DNA from: Candidatus Thorarchaeota archaeon
GTDB taxonomy: Archaea > Asgardarchaeota > Thorarchaeia > Thorarchaeales > Thorarchaeaceae
Length of the DNA stretch: 64,000 nucleotides
Direction of reading: 5' to 3'
Assembly (NCBI GenBank): GCA_016933575.1
Contig: JAFGAR010000151.1
Span: forward strand, 133,338 to 197,337
Shown here: one piece after another, positions 48,327-56,476 of the stretch
How positions within the stretch are numbered: the stretch's first letter is position 1
Layout: every line of letters begins with the position of its first letter
Notes under the pieces: model-generated
The model's input: only the letters and a program-made list of their open reading frames with translations
The model's database searches: none
What the model was told of the DNA's origin: nothing
Position numbers and translations under genes: made by a program

Positions 48327-49472
48327 TTATATCAGTTTCACATCGAAGGACGAAGTCTTCTCTTTGAGGTATTTGATGTAGAGTTCCTTCAGATCTGCCA
48401 GTGGGAATCCAAAAGCTTTGAATGCTTCAAGCTCTCCCTTTCGTTTTTTCTTGAGCATGATATCATTCTCTCTATTGAGCACTGAATCTTGGCTGATTGC
48501 AGGTATGTTCTTGTTTTGCTGGGCACATTTCAAATCAGCTTTTGTCATAGATTCTAAGGAGTGCTCGATATCTCTTAACATTCCTTTTCTACCCCAGAAA
48601 TCATCTGTGGTCAATCCAAGAAGTTGAGCCTCTGGGGTTGCTAGTCCTTGGATGTTGGCTAATTCAATTGAATTGCTCTTTATTGTTGAGAAGATACGGA
48701 GCGACCATGGTGACATGTCAACTAACACGAATATTGGCACTTCTCGATCTGCCAGACGCCTAATCCATGCTCTCATGTTTCTACCTGGTTGGCCAAATAA
48801 TGAACCAACTCCTATCTTGAGACCCTCTGCAAGTCCCAATTCGATGAGATTCCTTGACATTGCTTCTTTTTCAACAAAAACAGCAGCATCAATATTGATG
48901 TCATGAATCTTCACATCAAATGGTCTGCTTGAGATAAACCAGCCATATTCACCTGCTGATGCACAATTGAGTCTTTTTCCAGACATGTCTGAGAGTGTCA
49001 CATCACCATAGAAGGTGCCTTTTGGAGAACTCACGACACCAAATTCCTCACGTGGTACAGATGACCCACCTAGTCGGATGATCCGTTCACATAAGTTGAT
49101 GAGGCGATTGGTTTCTGTCTGGTCTGTTATCTTCAAGACATCCTGCACATGTTTTACTTTGTGCATGTAATAGAAGTCTCTCAGGCTCATTGACATATTT
49201 TGTTCGAGATGTTCCTTGAATCTGGAGAGTCCATAGATAAGGCCTGCAATCGTCTTTGCACTCTCGACTTTTCTTCCATCAATGAATGATGGCGATTCAT
49301 CGATGTGCACGTATCCCTTCTCCTCCAAAAAATCCACATTCTTCTTTGACGATCCGTAATAACCAATCTCTGGAAATACTCCATCATTGATAGTGTCTAC
49401 TAGAGTTACGAGGACTCCATCAATAAATTCCAAGACATCAGCAGTTGACATCTCTGATATCGACCGATTCAT
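48327..49472 (-). CDS. top6A: DNA topoisomerase VI subunit A (Spo11 family), atypical TOPRIM
   Basis: LRDFYY (catalytic Tyr), RE.FG+, VEKEA, GQP and K.ELEA motifs; the DxDPxG motif reads DMSPWS. Confidence 0.85.
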   Translation of the reverse strand: MNRSISEMSTADVLEFIDGVLVTLVDTINDGVFPEIGYYGSSKKNVDFLEEKGYVHIDESPSFIDGRKVESAKTIAGLIYGLSRFKEHLEQNMSMSLRDFYYMHKVKHVQDVLKITDQTETNRLINLCERIIRLGGSSVPREEFGVVSSPKGTFYGDVTLSDMSGKRLNCASAGEYGWFISSRPFDVKIHDINIDAAVFVEKEAMSRNLIELGLAEGLKIGVGSLFGQPGRNMRAWIRRLADREVPIFVLVDMSPWSLRIFSTIKSNSIELANIQGLATPEAQLLGLTTDDFWGRKGMLRDIEHSLESMTKADLKCAQQNKNIPAISQDSVLNRENDIMLKKKRKGELEAFKAFGFPLADLKELYIKYLKEKTSSFDVKLI

Positions 49473-51007
49473 TCCTCATTCCCTCCTTCTATTCCAAGAA
49501 GTCTATTCAGAGATACTTCTTTCCCTGTTGCATTACTGAGTGTATGTGTCATGAATTGGTAGTAAGTAACCAGTTTGGACTCACGTCGATGTTCTCTCTG
49601 AACTCTGTTACGTTTTCGAAGTTTATCATTGAGTTCTCTCAGACAATCCTTGAATCCAAGATCTATCTCTCTCCGTACGACATCAACATCAGCAATGTAC
49701 TCTTTTCCTATTGTTTTGTAAGGAATTTTCGTCGAGCAGATATGGATTGTAAATGTCAATGGATCCTCCAACCTAAGTCCATAATTCTTTAGATTGAGGT
49801 CTCTCACCACTCTATATGCTACATCAGATCTTTCATCATATAAGAGTGGAATCCGGTTTGCAAATCGAATGATATTCATGCCAGGGCTTAGTTGACCCCC
49901 GTAAGCCACACCAGTCTCAATGATAAATGGATGTCCTTCATAGACGTTTGCTTGTCTCTGTCTAAATACAACGAACTCTGGTGCTAGTCTCTCAATCCCT
50001 GCCATAAGCACATCAGTTCCTACTGGTGAGAGTGATTTTGATGATGGCGGGAGAAATCGGTCAAAACTCTCCATGCAATTCATCATTCGTACTAATTCCT
50101 CTTGTGTCAGAGTTCTTGGATTGATATCTTGATCTAGTTGTGCATATTCCAGGAACTCATTAGCTTTCATCTCACCAACCCGTTGAAATGAACTCATGAG
50201 AAATGTTTTCAGAGTCTTCTTCTTTGTAACCGCAATCATTCGTTTAAGCATCTCAACATCAATACCACGAGGATGTGGCTTTGTCTTAGCGGGAGGTCTT
50301 GGTATCTTCTCAATCACTCGTTTGAATTTGAGTAATTCACCATCAGGAGTTTCAAAGAGTATTGAGGCATAGGGAACAATAATTGCAGTTTGCGTGAAAT
50401 AATCAATGATTCTTCGCTTACTTCTAAGCCAGTCTCCTTGAAGCCAAAAAGAGACCATGGTTCCACTCTCATCTCTTGCCTTGAGTACTTTCTCTTCTTC
50501 GATAATGATTGGTTGATTCTTCTCAATGTCAAGCTGCATTTCCAATCGATAACCAAACTCACTACCTTTCTGTCCCGTGACAATCTCGATTGGTCTCTGT
50601 GTAGTGACTTGTCCGTAGAGAAGCGCTAGACTTCCGCCAAGACCAAATGTACCTCTGCTCTGCCGATGCATGAATTTGGTACCAGTCAGCATTTTACCTA
50701 ATAATCGTGGGATTGCCTCTCGCTTCATTCCAGTTCCATTATCTTTTACTATCAACTCGAAAATCTCAGGTCCTTGACCTATGAGATCTATCACCGAGCT
50801 ATCTTCTTCTCGTCTAAGAAGGGCCGTAATTTCAGGTAGGACTCTTGCATCTTCACAAGCATCAAGGCTATTCTCAACAATCTCTCTCACTGCAACATAG
50901 AGTGATCTTGCTGGATTGTCAAAACCCGCAATGGCCCGGTTCCGGTAGAACCAAGCTGATACAGAGAGTTCAACGATATCTTGACTGGTACTTTTCGGTG
51001 TAAGCAA
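49469..51007 (-). CDS. top6B: DNA topoisomerase VI subunit B
   Basis: EIVENSLDACE, DNGTG, QSRG..GLG, KPHP.G, RFANRIPLL and PYK..GKE motifs. Confidence 0.93.
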   Translation of the reverse strand: MLTPKSTSQDIVELSVSAWFYRNRAIAGFDNPARSLYVAVREIVENSLDACEDARVLPEITALLRREEDSSVIDLIGQGPEIFELIVKDNGTGMKREAIPRLLGKMLTGTKFMHRQSRGTFGLGGSLALLYGQVTTQRPIEIVTGQKGSEFGYRLEMQLDIEKNQPIIIEEEKVLKARDESGTMVSFWLQGDWLRSKRRIIDYFTQTAIIVPYASILFETPDGELLKFKRVIEKIPRPPAKTKPHPRGIDVEMLKRMIAVTKKKTLKTFLMSSFQRVGEMKANEFLEYAQLDQDINPRTLTQEELVRMMNCMESFDRFLPPSSKSLSPVGTDVLMAGIERLAPEFVVFRQRQANVYEGHPFIIETGVAYGGQLSPGMNIIRFANRIPLLYDERSDVAYRVVRDLNLKNYGLRLEDPLTFTIHICSTKIPYKTIGKEYIADVDVVRREIDLGFKDCLRELNDKLRKRNRVQREHRRESKLVTYYQFMTHTLSNATGKEVSLNRLLGIEGGNEE

Positions 51008-51080
51008 TAGGAGTCCTCCCGAGACACTCCTGACTCCTCTGTATTATCCTGCTATGAAGCATGGTATTATTCAGGCAACA

Positions 51081-51977
51081 TCAAAGGGTTGGTATCACAA
51101 GATAACCAACAAGAAGCATTGAAACAAGAGCAATTGTAAGAATAATCCATACTGGTTTACTCCAATCCTTCACCGTAGCTCCATCAAAAGGTTGGAAAGG
51201 AATCATATTGAATAGACCCAATACTGAATTGATAATGATTCCATATTTGATAAGGAGGAGTACATAGAGTCTGGTTAGATTAGCAAGGAATAATACACTG
51301 ATTATCGCTCCAATGACCAATCCTGAGGCGATGATGAAATTGCTCAGCGGTCCAGCAAGATTCGCTTTTGCATTATGGTCTCTATTTGATGTACCACTTG
51401 TGTATACCGTTCCTGTTCCAAAAATGGGAATTGAAAATAGTATTGCAATGGCAGAGAGGTAGTATCCCATTGTTGTCATCCTAAACTCTGACCACATTCC
51501 GTAATGTTGCGCTGTGAATTTGTGTGCCAGCTCATGCCCTATGAATGAGAGTATGAATATGGAGATCATACCTACAGGGAACCACCAATCTGGTCCTGTT
51601 ATGAATGAATAGAATAGAATAAGAGCATTTACAATTCCAAATGGCGACCCAAGAATAGAGATACCCACCAATGCCACTAAGATGACTGAAATTAGTAGGT
51701 CTCGTATTTCCATACGAGAGAATCGTGATCTTGATGAGGTTCGATGTTTCTTTTTCTTTTTTGGCATGATTGGAGACCATGTTCGATTTTCCTCAACATC
51801 ATAGTCGTCATCCATCCCTAGTGAGCTAGATACTTTTCTCTTTGCATCTTCTCTCACTTTTTGAATACCTGGGCAACCATGACTCTCCGGTAGTCTATGT
51901 TCTCCACAGTACACACCATTGCAGTATGGGCAAGTGAAAGTAAGGTCTTCCTTCCCGCATAAAGAGCATGTTGCCAT
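51081..51977 (-). CDS. AN1-type zinc finger fused to M50 (site-2) intramembrane metalloprotease
   Basis: CSLC...F.CPYC...YC.EHRLPESH.C zinc finger; HELAH, AGPLSN and FNMIP..PFDG protease motifs. Confidence 0.88.
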   Translation of the reverse strand: MATCSLCGKEDLTFTCPYCNGVYCGEHRLPESHGCPGIQKVREDAKRKVSSSLGMDDDYDVEENRTWSPIMPKKKKKHRTSSRSRFSRMEIRDLLISVILVALVGISILGSPFGIVNALILFYSFITGPDWWFPVGMISIFILSFIGHELAHKFTAQHYGMWSEFRMTTMGYYLSAIAILFSIPIFGTGTVYTSGTSNRDHNAKANLAGPLSNFIIASGLVIGAIISVLFLANLTRLYVLLLIKYGIIINSVLGLFNMIPFQPFDGATVKDWSKPVWIILTIALVSMLLVGYLVIPTL

Positions 51978-52143
51978 TGAAACACCCATTAATTTGCTTT
52001 GTAATCGCAGTTTTTTGAAAATATATCCGTATTCCTAGCGGATTAATTTCACATTTTCTCATCATGTGATAACTTTGACGCAAAGGCTTAAGTGATTGTT
52101 ATTTCGAGCCCGATTTGGTTCCAGTGAATTGGAGAGATTTTCC

Positions 52144-53541
52144 TTGGACTATGATGTAGCAATAGTAGGTAGCGGCCCTGCTGGAATTTTTTGTGCTCTA
52201 GAACTTATCAAGAATAAACCGGATATAAAGATAGTAATCATTGAACGAGGAAAAAGTATAGAGCGACGTAATTGCCCCAACTCCAATGCTGCACCTGGGT
52301 GCAAGAAATGCAATCCTTGTGATATCTTAGCGGGATGGGGCGGCGCAGGCTCTTTTTCAGATGGCAAATTGACGCGCTCAACCCAAGTTGGTGGTTGGTT
52401 GGACGAATTCATTGGAAATAAGCGTCTGATGGAGCTAATGAAATATGTCGATCAGAAGTATCTAGCATACGGAGCTCCGACAAAGGTCTATGGTACAAAT
52501 GATGATACAATTGAGATGTACGCACAGAAGGCAGCATTGGTTGGAATGGAGTTGATACCTCAAACAGTTCGTCATATGGGTCGTGAGGGCTGTATTGATG
52601 TCATGACTCGAATGTATCAAGATGTACTGAAGCATGCTACTGTCAAATTTAACACTGAAGCAAAAGATATCCTTGTCAATGGTAATTCGGTGCAGGGATT
52701 GGTCACTAATGGTGGTGAAGAAATCCATTCTAGATACGTCATTGCTGCTCCTGGTCGTATTGGGAATGAATGGTTATCAAGACAAGCTCAACGACTGAAA
52801 CTTCATACCGAGAATAACTATGTCGATATCGGTCTACGTGTCGAGATACCCGAACCTGTAATGCGAGATATTGCATCTGCGCTATATGAACCGAAATTGG
52901 TGTACTATTCAAAGGAGTTCGATGACAAGGTCCGGTTATTCTGCTTCAATCCTGGTGGAGTTGTAACCACTGAATACTATGATGAGATTCTTACTGTGAA
53001 CGGTCAGTCCTTTGCTAACTCAAAGACTTCAAATTCAAACTTCGCATTACTTGTTTCTACACGATTTACTGCTCCTTTCAAAGAGCCAATTGCTTATGGC
53101 CAATCGATTGCTGGATTAGCTAACATGCTTGGCGATGGCGTTATCGTTCAACGACTTGCAGACCTGAGACGTGGAAAGAGAAGTACAAAGGAGCGAATCG
53201 CTAGAAGTCCTGTGAAACCGAGCCTACTTGGTGCATCGCCTGGAGACTTGAGTTTTGTCCTTCCCTATCGTCATCTTAGTTCGATTCTAGAGATGTTAGA
53301 TGCATTAGATCAGCTCTGTCCTGGTGTTGCGTCAGCAGGAACTCTTCTCTATGGTGTAGAAGTCAAGTTCTATTCATCGAGGCTGAAACTTAGCCAAACT
53401 CTCGAGACTGAAGTTCAGAATCTCTATGCTGCAGGAGATGGCGCTGGAATCACTAGAGGTCTTATGCAGGCTTCGGTGTCTGGAGTGATGATTGCACGAG
53501 CTATCCTTCAGAAAGAGAATAATGTTATTGAGACCCCATAA
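52144..53541 (+). CDS. FAD-dependent oxidoreductase (COG2509 type)
   Basis: IVGSGPAG, GWGGAGSFSDGKL, FC.NP.G.V, YGVEVKFYS and GDGAGITRGL motifs. Confidence 0.88.
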   Translation: MDYDVAIVGSGPAGIFCALELIKNKPDIKIVIIERGKSIERRNCPNSNAAPGCKKCNPCDILAGWGGAGSFSDGKLTRSTQVGGWLDEFIGNKRLMELMKYVDQKYLAYGAPTKVYGTNDDTIEMYAQKAALVGMELIPQTVRHMGREGCIDVMTRMYQDVLKHATVKFNTEAKDILVNGNSVQGLVTNGGEEIHSRYVIAAPGRIGNEWLSRQAQRLKLHTENNYVDIGLRVEIPEPVMRDIASALYEPKLVYYSKEFDDKVRLFCFNPGGVVTTEYYDEILTVNGQSFANSKTSNSNFALLVSTRFTAPFKEPIAYGQSIAGLANMLGDGVIVQRLADLRRGKRSTKERIARSPVKPSLLGASPGDLSFVLPYRHLSSILEMLDALDQLCPGVASAGTLLYGVEVKFYSSRLKLSQTLETEVQNLYAAGDGAGITRGLMQASVSGVMIARAILQKENNVIETP

Positions 53542-53564
53542 AGAACAGATGTCACTTCCTAAGA

Positions 53565-53695
53565 TTTATAAACTAATATACCAAATGGTATCTTAGGTGC
53601 TTAACTAGCACTTGTACAGAAAGGAGCCCCGAACAAGTGACTCAATGGGCGATAACAATCGTCCAGGGGCTTCCTCACTGGAGGCATTTCTATAG
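53565..53695 (+). promoter_or_regulatory. TATA box, palindromic operator and structured 5' leader of hsp20-cdc48
   Basis: TTTATAAA 53565-72; ATACCA-AA-TGGTAT 53578-91; several complementary segments in 53595-53684; GGAGG at 53680. Confidence 0.5.
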
Positions 53696-54124
53696 ATGAT
53701 CGATGATGACTTTGAGTCAGTGTTTCGAAGGATATTCGAATCCTTCATGAACTCATTTGGTAACTTCCCTGAAGGAAGTACATCCATTAGTTCATGGTCT
53801 GGCTCGATGTCCACAGAGCCTGAAGTTGTTCAACCAGAAGATAGGATTAGAGAGGTTCAGGCAGAACGTATTGACTTGGATGATAATGTACTCCTCCTCC
53901 TTGAAGTAACAGGTGAGGATGGTGAAGCTATTGCAAGAGTTGAAGGTAGAAATCTCATAGTGGTTGAAGGAATTGGCGGAAAAGAGACTACTTTCGAACT
54001 TGATTTTGATATTGATATTAAAAACTCAAACATATCTCACAGAAATGGTATCGTTGAAATTTCACTTAAGAAAGTCAAGGATGGCAAGAAAGTAGAGACC
54101 GAAGGATATCTACACAGTGAGTAG
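53696..54124 (+). CDS. Small heat-shock protein (Hsp20/alpha-crystallin-like)
   Basis: Phe-rich N-terminus and NGIVEISLKK; directly upstream of cdc48, a common archaeal arrangement. Confidence 0.75.
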   Translation: MIDDDFESVFRRIFESFMNSFGNFPEGSTSISSWSGSMSTEPEVVQPEDRIREVQAERIDLDDNVLLLLEVTGEDGEAIARVEGRNLIVVEGIGGKETTFELDFDIDIKNSNISHRNGIVEISLKKVKDGKKVETEGYLHSE

Positions 54125-54138
54125 AGGAGTGATAAGAA

Positions 54139-56328
54139 ATGAGTGAAGATATTATTCGTTTGAAAGTTGCAGCAGCCATGCCCAAAGATCAAGGTCGTGG
54201 CATAGTCCGATTAAACTCGGACGTACGAAATCATCTTGGATTACGATCCGGAGATTATGTGCAACTAAAAGGAACAAAGGATACAGTGGCAATTTGTTGG
54301 CCTAGTCTCAAGGAAGATGAAATTCTCGATATGGTCAGAATGGATGGTCTGATTCGTACAAATGCTGGCGTACGACTTGGTGAGATGGTGGAAGTACGAA
54401 AGGCTACTGTTCCTGAGGCAAATAGAGTTGTTCTAGCGCCAAGTCAACCTGTTAGATTCAACCCAGGATTTGACAGTTACCTGAAGCAGCAGATACTCAA
54501 TAGACCTGTTAGTAGAGGTGATATTATTCTCATCTCGACTATTGGTCAGGGTTTACAGTTTACAGTGACACAGATCACACCTGGCAAGTTTGGTCGAGTA
54601 ACCTCGGAAACAAACGTGGAGGTCTTGACTAAACCAGTCAAACCTGAAGAAATCACAGTACCGCAGGTCACCTACGAAGACATCGGTGGACTTGGTAAAG
54701 AACTTGTGAAGATTCGTGAGATGATAGAACTTCCAATGAAATCGCCTGAACTCTTCAAGCGATTGGGGATATCTCCTCCGAAGGGAGTGCTATTGATGGG
54801 ACCACCTGGCACTGGAAAGACATTGATTGCTCAAGCTGTAGCGAATGAATCTGGTGCGAACTTCAAGGTCATTAATGGTCCTGAGATCATGTCCAAGTTC
54901 TATGGTGAATCAGAAGGAAAGTTGCGAGAGACCTTTGAAGATGCAGAGAAGAATGCTCCTTCAATCATCTTCATTGATGAACTTGATAGTATCGCTCCAA
55001 AACGAGCTGAGGTCACCGGTGAAGTCGAAAGAAGAGTCGTAGCGCAATTACTAGCTCTCATGGATGGTCTTGCCGGTCGAGGCCAAGTTATTGTGATAGG
55101 TGCTACAAATCGGCCCGATGACATCGACGAGGCTCTTAGACGACCTGGAAGATTCGATAGAGAGATTTTCATTGGCGTTCCAGATAAGAAAGGACGACTT
55201 GAGATTCTCCAGATTCATACAAGATCAATGCCCTTAGAGGACGGTATCGATTTGGAAAAGCTCGCTGCAGTGACCCACGGTTTTGTTGGAGCTGACCTCT
55301 CTGCACTTGCTAGAGAGGCGGCAATGCAAGCATTGAGAAGAGTTCTGCCTCATGTGGATCCAGAAACTGGGGACATTCCTGCTGATATCCTCAGCAATCT
55401 CTATGTCACACAATCTGATTTCGATATGGCTCTTGGTGAGGTATCTCCATCTGCATTACGTGAAGTACTTGTCGAAAAACCAAATATCAAATGGGATGAT
55501 GTTGGTGGTCTTCAGAAAGTGAAGATGCAATTACGAGAAGCAGTTGAGGCACCAATAAAGTATCCAGAAGTCTTCGAGGAGATGGGAATCCGCACACCAA
55601 AGGGTGTACTTCTCTTTGGTCCACCAGGTACTGGTAAGACATTGTTGGCAAAGGCAGTAGCTACTGAGAGCGAGGCTAATTTCATCTCTGTCAGAGGTCC
55701 TGAAATATTCAACAAGTATGTTGGTGAATCCGAAAAGGCAGTACGAGAGATCTTCAAGAAAGCCCGACAGACGGCTCCTTGTGTCCTGTTCTTTGATGAG
55801 ATAGATGCGATACTAGGAACACGAAGTCGAAGCGATGATACCGGCGTGAGCCAACGGATTGTCAACCAATTTCTTGCAGAGCTTGATGGTATGCAATCGC
55901 TTCAAAACGTTCTTGTTATAGGTGCAACTAATAGGGCTGATATACTAGACCCTGCAGTATTGCGTCCCGGTAGATTTGATAACGTTGTTTTCGTTCCGCC
56001 TCCGGATCGCGAAGCTCGTCTGCAGATCTTTCAAGTACACACCAGAAAAATGCCTCTTGCTAAAGACGTGAAACTGGAAAAGTTAGCTGACTTAACTGAT
56101 GGCTTCTCAGGTGCTGATATTGAAGGACTTGTCAGAGAGGCTGCAATGGCAGCAGTCCGTGGCGAATGGAAAGCTAAGCCTGTCGAAATGAAACATTTCG
56201 AAGAAGCTCTACAAGAAACAAGACCAAGTATCTCTCCTGATGATGCCAAGAGATTCCAAGAGTTAGCAGAACTCGTAAAGAAGCGACAACCACAGAAGTC
56301 AGGTGATGTACCACCTAGTTACATATAA
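54139..56328 (+). CDS. cdc48: CDC48/p97/VAT AAA+ ATPase
   Basis: N domain; two GPPGTGKT Walker A motifs; IDE/FDE Walker B; RPGRFD twice; C-terminal ...SYI (HbYX-like). Confidence 0.96.
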   Translation: MSEDIIRLKVAAAMPKDQGRGIVRLNSDVRNHLGLRSGDYVQLKGTKDTVAICWPSLKEDEILDMVRMDGLIRTNAGVRLGEMVEVRKATVPEANRVVLAPSQPVRFNPGFDSYLKQQILNRPVSRGDIILISTIGQGLQFTVTQITPGKFGRVTSETNVEVLTKPVKPEEITVPQVTYEDIGGLGKELVKIREMIELPMKSPELFKRLGISPPKGVLLMGPPGTGKTLIAQAVANESGANFKVINGPEIMSKFYGESEGKLRETFEDAEKNAPSIIFIDELDSIAPKRAEVTGEVERRVVAQLLALMDGLAGRGQVIVIGATNRPDDIDEALRRPGRFDREIFIGVPDKKGRLEILQIHTRSMPLEDGIDLEKLAAVTHGFVGADLSALAREAAMQALRRVLPHVDPETGDIPADILSNLYVTQSDFDMALGEVSPSALREVLVEKPNIKWDDVGGLQKVKMQLREAVEAPIKYPEVFEEMGIRTPKGVLLFGPPGTGKTLLAKAVATESEANFISVRGPEIFNKYVGESEKAVREIFKKARQTAPCVLFFDEIDAILGTRSRSDDTGVSQRIVNQFLAELDGMQSLQNVLVIGATNRADILDPAVLRPGRFDNVVFVPPPDREARLQIFQVHTRKMPLAKDVKLEKLADLTDGFSGADIEGLVREAAMAAVRGEWKAKPVEMKHFEEALQETRPSISPDDAKRFQELAELVKKRQPQKSGDVPPSYI

Positions 56329-56342
56329 GATATCTAAGATAC

Positions 56343-56380
56343 GCAGGAGTAATTAATACTCCTGCTCGAATTCTTTTTGT
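56343..56380 (+). terminator. Hairpin plus T-run terminator of cdc48
   Basis: GCAGGAGTA-ATTAA-TACTCCTGC perfect 9-bp stem followed by TTCTTTTTGTT. Confidence 0.65.
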
Positions 56381-56476
56381 TGCTTTTGAATATACCAAAC
56401 ACTGGATAGGCCTTTAAGTACAAATTTTTCAGTCGAAGGCAATTCGAATCAAGAAAATCCTTCGATGTGAAATGTC

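Noticed and set aside
46575-51007. Wadjet (JetABCD)/SMC defence system, or Hop2-Mnd1 orthologues
   Set aside because: No SMC ATPase or kleisin, and a genuine Top6B is present. Hop2/Mnd1 have the wHTH N-terminal to the coiled coil, the reverse of these proteins.
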